From an uncultured Pseudobdellovibrionaceae bacterium (GTDB lineage Bacteria > Bdellovibrionota > Bdellovibrionia > Bdellovibrionales > UBA1609): a stretch of DNA of 64,000 bases. The DNA lies in the NCBI GenBank assembly GCA_963803705.1, contig CAWDNU010000004.1, forward strand, positions 416,001-480,000, read 5' to 3'. Positions 37,243-47,185 of this stretch are shown here, in pieces. A model generated the notes under the pieces. The model did not search any database. It was not told the DNA's origin and saw only the letters and a list, made by a program, of their open reading frames with translations. Both the position numbers and the translations under genes were made by a program. Each line of letters opens with the position of its first letter. The stretch's first letter is position 1.

Positions 37243-38610
37243 TTATTTGAACGTGCTATTAAGCACCTGAGTACGATATTTAAAAATTTTATTTATATCT
37301 CGACGCACTTTCCACCCAGCGAAGATTAAACCGATAATTCCCAGTGGCAAACTATAATCTACTTGATCTTTCACAAGGGTGCCGGCACCCAATGGCTCAA
37401 ACAAGTGGGTGTGATGCCATTTTTTGTAAGGACCCTTTTCTTGCATATCTGAAAACGAATTCGGCGGATTCCAAGTTGTGATAAGAGTTTGCCACTTCAA
37501 TGGAATAACTCCGTCTAGCCATAATTTGTAGGTGATTAAAGTGCCTTTTTCAATTTTATCTGTAGTCTTAGAGATCACTTTAAACCTCATAGCTGGCGGG
37601 GTTATTTTTTCCAGATTATCTACATTTGAAAAAAATAAAAAAACCTTATCTACAGACTCGTTTACATAAAGCTCGGACGCAAACCTTGCCTCTGCGATTT
37701 TAAGCTTTGGGATGTTTTTCTCTAAACTTGATTCCGCTGTATCAAATTTAAATTTATAACCAAGGCTCACTATCTTCTGTGCAGAAACATTTTGTGACAT
37801 TAAAAGATACTTAGTAAATTCGCCTACTATAATCTTAAGTGAGAATCGGGGCACGGGCACTAGAACAGGCCTAGAAATTCTTTGTCCAATAATTTTAGTG
37901 AATTTCTTATTAGAAATTGGATTTGGCGCAACACCATTGATTGGTCCAACTACATCTTTATTTTCTAAGGCGTAAAGATAAATGCCAACGATATCCTGAA
38001 TATCGATCCAGCTCATGATTTGCGTGCCGTCTGCAAGGGGTCCACCAAGACCACTTTTCAACGGAGGAAGCATTTGTTCTAAAGCACCACCCTGTGCTGA
38101 CAACACGATTCCGGTGCGGATGTGACACACCCTTGTTGCTGGCTGACCTGAAAGCATTTGGTATGCCATGGCTTCCCAATTTTTACATAGCTCACCAAAA
38201 AAATTATCCGCCGGAGCAACGCTTTCATCCATAGGTTTTGAATTTTCTGGATAATAACCGATAGCCGAAGCGCCGATAAAAAATTTAAGATTACTTGGGG
38301 CGTTTTTTAAAAGATTTTTTGTAAGCAAAATACGACTGTTTTCAAGACGAATTTTAAACTTATCTGACCATCTTTTTTCGGCGACACTTACGCCAGCAAG
38401 ATGAATCACCCCATCTATGCCTTGGAAGTGCTTTGAGTCTAAAGAATCTTTTTCACCGTCCCACTGTATGGCTGTGTGCGGGTAAGGGCACTTAACCGAA
38501 GAGGTTTTTGCATTTCGAGTCAGAACAAATAGATGGTGCCCCTTTCTAACAAGGTCTTTACCCAATTCGCTACCTATTAGGCCTGTTCCACCCGTCAAAA
38601 GAATTTTCAT
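37243..38610 (-). CDS. TIGR01777-family NAD-dependent epimerase fused to an SRPBCC domain
   Basis: TGGTGLIG, SAIGYY, RTGIVL, SWIDIQD; C-terminal NLEKITPP...QEKGPYKKWHHTHLF. Confidence 0.9.
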   Translation of the reverse strand: MKILLTGGTGLIGSELGKDLVRKGHHLFVLTRNAKTSSVKCPYPHTAIQWDGEKDSLDSKHFQGIDGVIHLAGVSVAEKRWSDKFKIRLENSRILLTKNLLKNAPSNLKFFIGASAIGYYPENSKPMDESVAPADNFFGELCKNWEAMAYQMLSGQPATRVCHIRTGIVLSAQGGALEQMLPPLKSGLGGPLADGTQIMSWIDIQDIVGIYLYALENKDVVGPINGVAPNPISNKKFTKIIGQRISRPVLVPVPRFSLKIIVGEFTKYLLMSQNVSAQKIVSLGYKFKFDTAESSLEKNIPKLKIAEARFASELYVNESVDKVFLFFSNVDNLEKITPPAMRFKVISKTTDKIEKGTLITYKLWLDGVIPLKWQTLITTWNPPNSFSDMQEKGPYKKWHHTHLFEPLGAGTLVKDQVDYSLPLGIIGLIFAGWKVRRDINKIFKYRTQVLNSTFK

Positions 38611-38703
38611 AGTTTGATGTTAGCACAGGTTAAAGTCTTAAACCAAGAGTCCTAAATTAAATGAAAGTAATTGATCTATCGCTACTCGCTAAAGCTTTTA
38701 AAA

Positions 38704-39000
38704 TCATTTTATCTCCCAGGCTTGCTCGTTGATGTATGCTGCCATATCTAGGTCTTTACCGGTCACCCCATCTGCATCGTGAGTTCTTAGCTCAACCCAT
38801 AGATTATTATATATATTTTTCCATTCTGGGTGGTGCTCTTTTTTTTCAGCATATAGAGCAACCTGGGTCATAAGTGAAAACGCCTGAACGAAATCCTTAA
38901 AGACAAACTTTTTTTGAATGCACTTTTTTTGGGCTGAATATGACCAGCCCATCAAAACCTTAAGCTTAGTTTCAATATCATTGGGACTCAGTGAATTCAA
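38704..39000 (-). CDS. phhB: Pterin-4-alpha-carbinolamine dehydratase
   Basis: FKDFVQAFSLM..VA..AEKKEHHPEW.NIYN, THDADGVT. Confidence 0.9.
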   Translation of the reverse strand: MNSLSPNDIETKLKVLMGWSYSAQKKCIQKKFVFKDFVQAFSLMTQVALYAEKKEHHPEWKNIYNNLWVELRTHDADGVTGKDLDMAAYINEQAWEIK

Positions 39001-39179
39001 AACAGCCCTCCTATGTAAAGCTATTAGAAGTCTAACAATAGAATTCTTGGTTTCAAAAGATAATTATTATTTTATCGCTTAACGACATTTTTTAAACTGA
39101 GGCTTTGTCTTCAGACTCTTTTACGATACCCTTTATCGTAACTAAATAATCTAACCAACCATTAAAAGGGGCTATCACA

Positions 39180-39806
39180 ATGTCTTCTAAAGCTTTTTTT
39201 TCATATTCATTTTTTGCAGTGCTAACTATTTTAAGCTTCAACTCAGCTCATGCTTACAATTCCATAATTAACTCTGGAGCTGTCACCGAATCCGGCAGCT
39301 ATAAACTTGGATCCGAACTTCAGATATTGACCGACGAACCATCTGGAGCAAACCTTTTACTGTTTATCGATCTTCCAACGAAATCTCAATCCGTAGATTA
39401 CCGTTTTAAATTTGGAACAGGAGCAACCGATGTCAACTTGGGGGTCGCTGCTAAATGGATTCCAATTCCAGATTTACAAAAGCAACCCGCACTAGGTTTT
39501 ATTTTTGATTTTGATTGGATCAGCGATGAAGACACTGATTTTTTAACTTTTAGAGTAGCGCCAATCATCAGTAAAGATTTGAAGTGGGAGTACGGCTCAA
39601 TGACTCCCTACGCCGCCTTGCCATTAGGGGCTCGCCAAATACTTAAAGACACTTCAGGTGACAAATTTGATTTTACGGCACAACTAACTTTCGGTGTTGA
39701 GGTCAACTTTGAAGCTTACGACGATTTAACATTCTTCGGCGAGGCCGGTTTTGATATTGAAGAGTCAATCACTTACTTTAGTTTTGCAGCTCGCTACAAA
39801 ATGTAA
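39180..39806 (+). CDS. Hypothetical secreted/outer-membrane beta-barrel protein
   Basis: Signal peptide ending SAHA; amphipathic strands. Confidence 0.6.
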   Translation: MSSKAFFSYSFFAVLTILSFNSAHAYNSIINSGAVTESGSYKLGSELQILTDEPSGANLLLFIDLPTKSQSVDYRFKFGTGATDVNLGVAAKWIPIPDLQKQPALGFIFDFDWISDEDTDFLTFRVAPIISKDLKWEYGSMTPYAALPLGARQILKDTSGDKFDFTAQLTFGVEVNFEAYDDLTFFGEAGFDIEESITYFSFAARYKM

Positions 39807-39821
39807 TTTCCCGAGGCCTTT

Positions 39822-40976
39822 TTGGATAGTAATTTAGACTTACCGATATTAGATAACGAAAGGAATAAAGAAGAAGCTTTATTCCTTTCAGACGTTTATT
39901 TTTCTATGGTGGAGCTTATAAACATAAGTTGCAAAAAGACTTTGTTAGATATGGGGCTTTATCATTTCAATAAACCTGGAAAGATGATTCGATCAAAAAT
40001 TATTTATGAGTTAGGACTTAGTTACAATATTCCACTTACACAACTGCTCAAGTGGTCTATGGCATGCGAGCTTTTGCACGAGGCAAGCCTAATCCATGAT
40101 GATCTGCAAGATGGCGATAAGATCAGGCGAGATCAAAAATCGGTCTGGTTTAGATATGGTGCTGCTCAGGCCATAAATTTGGGTGACTTTCTACTTATGC
40201 TTTCTTACCAACCCTTAGGGTCTTTATCATCACGCTTAACCAGCCTTCACGTGCAAACGTCTTTGAAGCTTGTTCAAGGCCAGGCCAACGAGTTTGATAT
40301 GGGTAAAACTAAAATTAATTCCACATTAGATTTAGAAACTAAAGTTTTAAACGAATCCATCACAGACGAATATCTTGACTGCGTACGCGGTAAAACTGGA
40401 GCTTTATTTGCAAGTCTTGCAACTGGAATTTCATTTTTGGCGTCCACTGGCGAGTTCGAACGCAGGTATCTAGATGATATATTTTTAGAATTGGGCGTAA
40501 TTTTTCAGATTCAAGACGACTTGCTAGATTTATTCGGTGATAAAAAACGAGGGGCACAGGGTGCAGATATTGGGGAGGGCAAATGTAGCGTTTTAATCGC
40601 TATTCACTTTGACTCTTACCCAGAAGATATAGCCTATATTAATTCAATATTAGAAAAACCAAGAAATGACACTACAATCGAAGACATTGAAAACCTAAAG
40701 TGTATTTTTATCGAAAAAGGCACTTTGAATAGCTGTATTGTGTTTTTAAAAACTAAGATAAACGAGCTTAAGGCTCACATGTCAGACAGGCAAGATTCTG
40801 GTTACAATGCAGACATCGTTAGCAAAGTCTTAACTTTTATAGAGCAAATTTTAGCTCCTATTCAGCATGTTTATGAACAAAACAGATATAAGTTCGAATC
40901 TGAAATCGATGCATTAGACAATAATTTTGAAGTCGATAACCAAACATTTGCAAATTTGAAAGATTTAAGTTCGTAA
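39822..40976 (+). CDS. crtE: Polyprenyl (geranylgeranyl) diphosphate synthase
   Basis: GKMIR, LIHDDLQDGD..RR (FARM), GKTG, FQIQDDLLD (SARM); carotenoid context. Confidence 0.8.
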   Translation: MDSNLDLPILDNERNKEEALFLSDVYFSMVELINISCKKTLLDMGLYHFNKPGKMIRSKIIYELGLSYNIPLTQLLKWSMACELLHEASLIHDDLQDGDKIRRDQKSVWFRYGAAQAINLGDFLLMLSYQPLGSLSSRLTSLHVQTSLKLVQGQANEFDMGKTKINSTLDLETKVLNESITDEYLDCVRGKTGALFASLATGISFLASTGEFERRYLDDIFLELGVIFQIQDDLLDLFGDKKRGAQGADIGEGKCSVLIAIHFDSYPEDIAYINSILEKPRNDTTIEDIENLKCIFIEKGTLNSCIVFLKTKINELKAHMSDRQDSGYNADIVSKVLTFIEQILAPIQHVYEQNRYKFESEIDALDNNFEVDNQTFANLKDLSS

Positions 40977-40978
40977 AG

Positions 40979-41872
40979 ATGACGACTTGCCCTGCTTTAA
41001 AATTTCAAAACGTTTCTAAAAAATATGGTACCCAACTAGCGCTTCAAAATATAAACGTAACCATCGAGCCCCATGAGCAAGTCGCTCTACTAGGCTGTAA
41101 TGGTGCTGGTAAATCAACTTTTATTAATTTAGCCACTGGGCTTAGGCAGCAAACTTCTGGCGACATATCTGTATTCGACTCAAAAAACCTTATCCCTAGG
41201 GTAAAGTCTAAAATCGGCTACCTGCCCCAGGTGTTGAAGTTTCCGTCGTATTTAAAGGTAAAAGAAATTATCAATGTCGTTGAAGCACACTTTAATGACA
41301 AAGTTTTAAAAGACCTTTTAGAAAGGTTAGACCTTTATAGATTAATGGACAGGTACTGTTCAGGACTAAGCGGCGGCGAGGAAAGAAAACTAGGATTAGT
41401 TTTGTCTCTTATAGGTCACAGGCCTTTGCTAATCCTTGATGAGCCGACCGCTAACGTAGACTTGGTGGCTAAGTCCGAAATTCACAAAATTATTGCTGAA
41501 CATATCAAGGATTATAACCAGTCTTTTCTATTTTCCTCTCACGAAATGAGTGAAGTCGAAAAACTTGCTAAAAGAGTTATAGTACTCAATCAGGGACAAA
41601 TCGTTGCAGATGGAAATGTTCAGCAAATCAAACAGTCTTTTGGATCTATGACAGTGAAGTTCAGTGCAGATTCTTTTGATTCAATTCTTACTTCATCGAC
41701 AAAAATCGAGCGGCAAGCAGTCATCGATGGAACGATTAGCTACAAAATTTTTGGTGCAAGCAGCGATAAAATTATCAAAGAGATTATTGAAAGAGAAATA
41801 GATTTTAAAAATCTGACTGTTGAGCAAACATCATTAGATGAGGTTTTTTTAAAACTTTGGAGTAAAAGCTAA
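40979..41872 (+). CDS. ABC-2 type transporter ATP-binding protein
   Basis: GCNGAGKST, LSGGE, ILDEPT, SSHEM. Confidence 0.95.
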   Translation: MTTCPALKFQNVSKKYGTQLALQNINVTIEPHEQVALLGCNGAGKSTFINLATGLRQQTSGDISVFDSKNLIPRVKSKIGYLPQVLKFPSYLKVKEIINVVEAHFNDKVLKDLLERLDLYRLMDRYCSGLSGGEERKLGLVLSLIGHRPLLILDEPTANVDLVAKSEIHKIIAEHIKDYNQSFLFSSHEMSEVEKLAKRVIVLNQGQIVADGNVQQIKQSFGSMTVKFSADSFDSILTSSTKIERQAVIDGTISYKIFGASSDKIIKEIIEREIDFKNLTVEQTSLDEVFLKLWSKS

Positions 41873-42606
41873 TGAGATTAATTTTGACACACGCTAGTTG
41901 GATGGTTTTAGAGCTTTTACGCCAACCAGCATATATAGTGTCAACTTTAGCCTTCCCTGCTTTGTTCTACATTATATTTGCCATTCCTGAATCCAACACA
42001 GAGCAGTCTTCGAATTTCCTTTTGGCTTCATTCTGTGGGTTTGCAAATTTTGGAGTTTTATTTTTGCAGTTTGGTGTTGGCGTGGCTCAAGAGCGATCTA
42101 AATCCTGGTATCACTATTTAAGAACTCTACCGTTAAATTATTTTCAGTTGATTATGGCAAGATTTCTATCTTCTTATGTTTTTGCTATTTTATCCATATT
42201 GGTTCTTGTATTTTTAGCTAAACTGTTCACCTTAGCAAGCTTAACCCCTTTGCAGTGGTTATACTTTTCATTGGCCCACTTAGGTTTAGGTCTGATATTT
42301 TGTTTGATGGGTTTAACATTGGGTTACTGGGCTGAAGAAAAAACAGCTTTACCTATTGGTAATCTTATTTATTTACCTCTTACTTTTGCTGGTGGCCTAT
42401 GGAAACCACCTTCTCAGTTACCCCTCAGTATTAAAGGGGTTTCCGAGTATTTACCCACAAGACACTACGGAGAAGTCTTGTGGGCTATAGTGAGTGAAAA
42501 AAATGTTGATACTGAGTATCTTTTTGGTTTGTTTATTTATGGACTGCTCTTTCTTGCTTTAAGTTATGCTGGTTTAAGCAAGGATTTAAAATCTAGGATG
42601 TCTTGA
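41872..42606 (+). CDS. ABC-2 type transporter permease
   Basis: Six TMs, ER...W...LRTLPL, LTFAGGLW; overlaps the ATPase stop. Confidence 0.9.
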   Translation: MRLILTHASWMVLELLRQPAYIVSTLAFPALFYIIFAIPESNTEQSSNFLLASFCGFANFGVLFLQFGVGVAQERSKSWYHYLRTLPLNYFQLIMARFLSSYVFAILSILVLVFLAKLFTLASLTPLQWLYFSLAHLGLGLIFCLMGLTLGYWAEEKTALPIGNLIYLPLTFAGGLWKPPSQLPLSIKGVSEYLPTRHYGEVLWAIVSEKNVDTEYLFGLFIYGLLFLALSYAGLSKDLKSRMS

Positions 42607-43745
42607 TCGTGTCTGCCAATTTGAATTTAGAACATTTTGAAACCTATAGCTCTTATATTCCGGTGAGTCTTAACCTACTTAATCTACATGGATTTATTGT
42701 CGTTAACCTAACCTTGAGCGCCTTTATTATATTCAGGTATTTTCTGATGGTTTCACCCTTTCACTTTCTAAGAAATGTTTTGGTAAAGTCTAAGTTAAAG
42801 CATAAACAAATTAGGCATGAAATCAGATATTCGATCTTGTCCACGGTTTTTTTTAGCTTAAGTGGTTACTTGATAGCGCTTTTATGGGACTTAGAACTCA
42901 CAAAAATTTACTTAAAGTTTGATGAATTTGGTTATACCTATCTTCTAGTTAGCTTTTTCATTTTTGCTTTTTTTCACGAAGTATATTTTTACTTCACTCA
43001 CCTTTGGATGCATCAACCCAAAATTTTTAAAAAAGTACACAGCGTGCACCACTTTTCCAATCCTACTTCACCCTGGGCCTCATTTTCGTTTCATCCTTAC
43101 GAATGCCTCATTCATGCAGCATTTCTACCTTTGATGGTTATAGTTATTCCAATCCACCCTACTGTTTTAATTGGTTATTTAACTTTTATGACTTTGACTG
43201 CGATTTTTAATCATTTAGGTTTTGAAATTTTTCCCTTCAAAGCGTTCAACAAACACTTTATTTCTGGAACACACCATAGCCTTCACCATAAACACTTTAA
43301 AGGTAATTACGGGCTGTATTTTTGTTTGATTGATCGACTGCTAAAAACTGAAATTAGGCCTCTAAGTGAAACTGTGAAGCCGGGGCCGAAAAGGCCTCAA
43401 CGCAACGCTATGAAGCCGGGGCCGGGAAGGCCTCAATGCGACGCTATGAAGCCGGGGCCGGGAAGGCCTCAATGCGACGCTATGAAACCGGGGCCGGGAA
43501 GGCCTCAATGCGACGCTATGAAGCCGGGGCCGGGAAGGCCTCAATGCGACGCTATGAAACCGGGGCCGGGAAGGCCTCAATGCGACGCTATGAAGCCGGG
43601 GCCGGGAAGGCCTCAATGCGACGCTATGAAACCGGGGCCGGGAAGGCCTCAATGCGACGCTATGAAGCCGGGGCCGGGAAGGCCTCAGTGCGACGCTATG
43701 AAGCCGGGGCCGGGAAGGCCTTTAAGTGAAGCTGCGAAGTCTTGA
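42603..43745 (+). CDS. Sterol desaturase/fatty-acid hydroxylase family protein, CrtG-like (carotenoid 2,2'-hydroxylase candidate), with repeat-encoded C-terminal tail
   Basis: His boxes YFTHLWMH, HSVHH, NHLG, HHSLHH; QIRHEIRYS, TKIY, SFHPYE, IPIH resemble CrtG; lies directly upstream of crtI. Confidence 0.7.
   Translation: MIVSANLNLEHFETYSSYIPVSLNLLNLHGFIVVNLTLSAFIIFRYFLMVSPFHFLRNVLVKSKLKHKQIRHEIRYSILSTVFFSLSGYLIALLWDLELTKIYLKFDEFGYTYLLVSFFIFAFFHEVYFYFTHLWMHQPKIFKKVHSVHHFSNPTSPWASFSFHPYECLIHAAFLPLMVIVIPIHPTVLIGYLTFMTLTAIFNHLGFEIFPFKAFNKHFISGTHHSLHHKHFKGNYGLYFCLIDRLLKTEIRPLSETVKPGPKRPQRNAMKPGPGRPQCDAMKPGPGRPQCDAMKPGPGRPQCDAMKPGPGRPQCDAMKPGPGRPQCDAMKPGPGRPQCDAMKPGPGRPQCDAMKPGPGRPQCDAMKPGPGRPLSEAAKS
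43375..43721 (+). repeat. 36-bp tandem repeat, 9 full + 1 partial copies (TGAAGCCGGGGCCGGGAAGGCCTCAATGCGACGCTA)
   Basis: Head-to-tail units with no spacers; encodes KPGPGRPQCDAM in frame. Confidence 0.97.
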
Positions 43746-43761
43746 AACTAAAGGAGAAGCT

Positions 43762-45234
43762 ATGAAGAAAGCAATTGTGATAGGATCGGGCTTTGGCGGA
43801 TTGGCGAGCGCAGTCCATCTGATTAAAAAAGGTTATGAAGTCACTATTCTTGAAGCCAGAGACCAGTTTGGTGGCCGCGCTGGAGTTTTCAGAAAAGAAG
43901 GATTCACCTTTGACGCTGGCCCTACGGTTATCACTGCCCCCCACCTTATCTCTGAACTTTTTGAATCACTTGATGAAAACCCCGACGAGTATTACAGATT
44001 GCTTCCCATCGACCCCTTTTATAGAATTATGTTCGATGACGAATCTATATTCGATTATGTCGGCGAAGAAGAAAGGATTATCGAAAACGTAAGAAAGCTT
44101 AGCCCTAAAGACGTTGATGGATATAAAAAGTTGGCAGATCACGCAAAACGTATATTCGATGTTGGTTACACAGATCTTGCCGATCAACCATTTGACACTT
44201 TTGCATCAATGCTTCGAGTAGCACCCGATATGATTAGGTTACAAAACTATAAAAGTGTTTATTCATTGGTTTCAAAGTATATAAAAGACGAGCGTCTAAG
44301 GCAGGCATTTAGCTTCGAGCCATTACTTGTAGGAGGAAATCCTTTCAAAATTACTTCTATTTATCTTTTGATACATTGGTTAGAAAGAAAATGGGGAGTA
44401 CATTTTGTTGAAGGTGGTACCACTGCGCTTATTTCAGCTTTTGTAAAATTGCTTCAAAAAAAAGGAGCAATCCTTAAGACGAACCAAAGTGTTAGTCGAA
44501 TTGAAGTCCAGAACAAATCTGTTACCAATGTAATTACAACCACAGGGGAAGTTTACTCGGCAGATGTGGTCGTGAGCAACGCAGACCCCGTAAGAGTCTA
44601 CCGGGATATGATTGATTCATCCAGCAGACCTTCGATGTCTAACAGAAAGCTAAACAAAAAAACTCATTCCATGAGTTTATTCGTAGCTTATTTTGGCACC
44701 CATAAGACTTATGAAAAGTTAGCCCACCACACTATCATTTTGGGACCTAGGTACAAAGGTCTGCTAAATGATATTTTCAGCAAAAAAATTTTAGCAGAAG
44801 ATTTCAGCCTATATCTACATGCTCCAACACGAACTGATAAGTCCCTAGCGCCGGCTGGAAACGAATGTTTCTATGTATTATCACCTGTACCTAATTCACT
44901 GGGTAAGGTTGATTGGTCCACAGAAGAAAGTATTTACAAAGAAAAAATTTATAACTTTCTTGAATCAAAAATTTTAGAAAATCTTAAGTCCAACCTAAAA
45001 GTCGACCTATCAGTAACCCCTAAGTATTTTGAATATGATCTTCAAAGCGAACACGGGGCTGCTTTTGGAATTGAGCCAAGCTTTACCCAGTCAGCTTACT
45101 TCAGGTTTCATAACAGATGTAAGGATATTGGTGGTCTATACTTTGTAGGTGCTAATACGCATCCCGGCGCAGGGGTGCCTGGTGTTTTGAATTCAGCCAA
45201 AGTTATAGACAGAGTTGTACCAATGGCTTTTTAG
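43762..45234 (+). CDS. crtI: Phytoene desaturase
   Basis: AAGGAG RBS + ATG 43762; VIGSGFGGL, FDAGPTVIT, LYFVGANTHPGAGVPGV. Confidence 0.95.
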   Translation: MKKAIVIGSGFGGLASAVHLIKKGYEVTILEARDQFGGRAGVFRKEGFTFDAGPTVITAPHLISELFESLDENPDEYYRLLPIDPFYRIMFDDESIFDYVGEEERIIENVRKLSPKDVDGYKKLADHAKRIFDVGYTDLADQPFDTFASMLRVAPDMIRLQNYKSVYSLVSKYIKDERLRQAFSFEPLLVGGNPFKITSIYLLIHWLERKWGVHFVEGGTTALISAFVKLLQKKGAILKTNQSVSRIEVQNKSVTNVITTTGEVYSADVVVSNADPVRVYRDMIDSSSRPSMSNRKLNKKTHSMSLFVAYFGTHKTYEKLAHHTIILGPRYKGLLNDIFSKKILAEDFSLYLHAPTRTDKSLAPAGNECFYVLSPVPNSLGKVDWSTEESIYKEKIYNFLESKILENLKSNLKVDLSVTPKYFEYDLQSEHGAAFGIEPSFTQSAYFRFHNRCKDIGGLYFVGANTHPGAGVPGVLNSAKVIDRVVPMAF

Positions 45235-45316
45235 TGACTTTTTTGTTGAAAAAAATTTGGTAATTACATTTGGCAGTCACAGCTGTTGCTATCATTTAAA
45301 TGCATGAAGGTTAAAC

Positions 45317-46255
45317 GTGAAAAATCTTAAGATTCAAAATCCTGAACTGATGATGTTTAAACATGGCAAGTCTTTTCATTTTGCAGCTCAGGTATTTTCT
45401 AGAGATACATTCCAAAGAATAATTTATTTGTATGCTTTCTGTAGATTTATCGACGACACAGCTGATGAGCAAAAGCCAGAGTCAGCACTTAAAGATTTGA
45501 CAGCCATCAATCAGATCTTAAATTCAGGACAGACTGTTGCAAGTTCAAGAGTCCCAACTGAAGCTTCAGAAATAACTGTTAAGGAATTGATTCAAAAACT
45601 TTTTGATTTTAATTTGAAAAGATCTTACTTACAAGTTTTAGTCGATGGTGCTTTATTCGACGTGAACTCTCAGAAAATAGTCACTCTAAAGGATCTTTTA
45701 AGATACTGCTATCATGTGGCAGGTGTTGTAGGTCTTATGATGTGCCCATTAATTTTAGTCTTTAAAAAAAAGGCTTTTGCTTTTGCAATTGATTTAGGGA
45801 TCGGGATGCAGATCACAAATATTTGCCGGGATGTCCTTGAAGATGCCAAAAATAACAGAACATATCTACCTTCAGATGATCTTCATATTGCTGGGCTTTC
45901 GATCGAGGATTTGAAAGTTTCAGGCCCTACCCCTGACAAGCTTAAAAACCTTATAGAAAACTATTTAAATTTAGCTGACGTTTATTATGAAAGCTCATTT
46001 TATGGTTTTGCTTACATACCTTTACGACCACGTATTGCCATTTTATATGCGTCTGAAATCTACAAAGCTATAGGCAAAAAACTAAGGCGTCAGGACTATA
46101 ACGTACTGCACGGCCGAGTCTACCTTTCAAAAACTGAAAAGTTTTTCGTGTGCTTTATATCAACTTTTAAAATGCTGCATCCAAGATTCTGGTTTGCCGG
46201 CATTCATAACCCAAAACTACACACGTCCCTTCACGACCTACCCGAAGTCGATTGA
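45317..46255 (+). CDS. crtB: Phytoene synthase
   Basis: GKSFHFA, YAFCRFIDDTAD, YCYHVAGVVG, LGIGMQITNICRDVLED. Confidence 0.95.
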   Translation: MKNLKIQNPELMMFKHGKSFHFAAQVFSRDTFQRIIYLYAFCRFIDDTADEQKPESALKDLTAINQILNSGQTVASSRVPTEASEITVKELIQKLFDFNLKRSYLQVLVDGALFDVNSQKIVTLKDLLRYCYHVAGVVGLMMCPLILVFKKKAFAFAIDLGIGMQITNICRDVLEDAKNNRTYLPSDDLHIAGLSIEDLKVSGPTPDKLKNLIENYLNLADVYYESSFYGFAYIPLRPRIAILYASEIYKAIGKKLRRQDYNVLHGRVYLSKTEKFFVCFISTFKMLHPRFWFAGIHNPKLHTSLHDLPEVD

Positions 46256-46420
46256 CAATTGACGATTGGCTGTTGGCTAAGCCTGTTAAGGATAACTAGG
46301 CCCAAATAGCGAACTACGCACAGCGTATCTAAGTTATATTTGTGCCCGTTGAAGCCGAGGTCTACTATATAAAAAGTTCGTTATTTTTTAATAACTAGTA
46401 TTTTTAAAAGGCATCCAACT

Positions 46421-47167
46421 TTGACCTATTTTGATTTCTTACTGAGTTTTATCGCAATACCTTTAGCTGTCTTAGTTGTATATACCACGCATTATCCAAA
46501 TAAAGACAAAGCTTATATTCTAAAAGGTGTTGCTGTTTTATGTGGACTGGCTTTTGTGTACACAACTCCTTGGGATAATTATTTGTTGGCCAAAGAGGTA
46601 TGGTGGTACGGCCCCGACCGAGTGATGTTTACTATTGGTTATGTTCCTATAGAGGAATATAGCTTTTTCCTGCTACAAACTATATTAACTGGGCTTTGGA
46701 CTCATTTAGTTTTAAATCACTCGCCCTCACTTAGACCTGCAAAACCTGATGCAAAAACTATAAATAGATTTAAATTTATAATTGCAACCGCCATTGCTGG
46801 ACTGTGGATTTATGGAATCAGGTCACTATTTGTTGAACAGTCTTTTTATCTTGGACTTATATTGGCATGGGCTACACCCATAGTTTTGCTGCAATTTGTA
46901 ATTGGTGGGCAGCACATTCTTAACAACATGAATTCATTTTTTTTATGTGTCATAACCCCTACTTTATACTTATGGTACGCAGATCTTTACGCTATTAATG
47001 ATGGCATTTGGAGCATTTCTAAAACGTACACTATCGGTCTTGAGTTTTCAGGTTTACCCATCGAAGAGATGATATTCTTTTTGATTACCAATATCATGGT
47101 CGTTCAAGGTCTTCTATTATTTGTAATAATGAGGGACACTGTTAAAACAGTATTTAATCGCAACTAA
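46421..47167 (+). CDS. Membrane lycopene cyclase (fused CrtYc/Yd type)
   Basis: Duplicated PIEE motifs (YTTPWDNYL...VPIEEYSFF; LPIEEMIFF). Confidence 0.85.
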   Translation: MTYFDFLLSFIAIPLAVLVVYTTHYPNKDKAYILKGVAVLCGLAFVYTTPWDNYLLAKEVWWYGPDRVMFTIGYVPIEEYSFFLLQTILTGLWTHLVLNHSPSLRPAKPDAKTINRFKFIIATAIAGLWIYGIRSLFVEQSFYLGLILAWATPIVLLQFVIGGQHILNNMNSFFLCVITPTLYLWYADLYAINDGIWSISKTYTIGLEFSGLPIEEMIFFLITNIMVVQGLLLFVIMRDTVKTVFNRN

Positions 47168-47185
47168 AGCAGATGGCTCAAATCA

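Noticed and set aside
43375..43721. CRISPR array (36-bp repeats)
   Set aside because: Units are head-to-tail with no unique spacers, lie in frame in a gene, and no cas genes are present.
43362..43729. Alternative-frame repetitive ORFs (96-97 aa) over the VNTR
   Set aside because: They arise because the 36-bp unit lacks stops in these frames; no independent evidence of coding.
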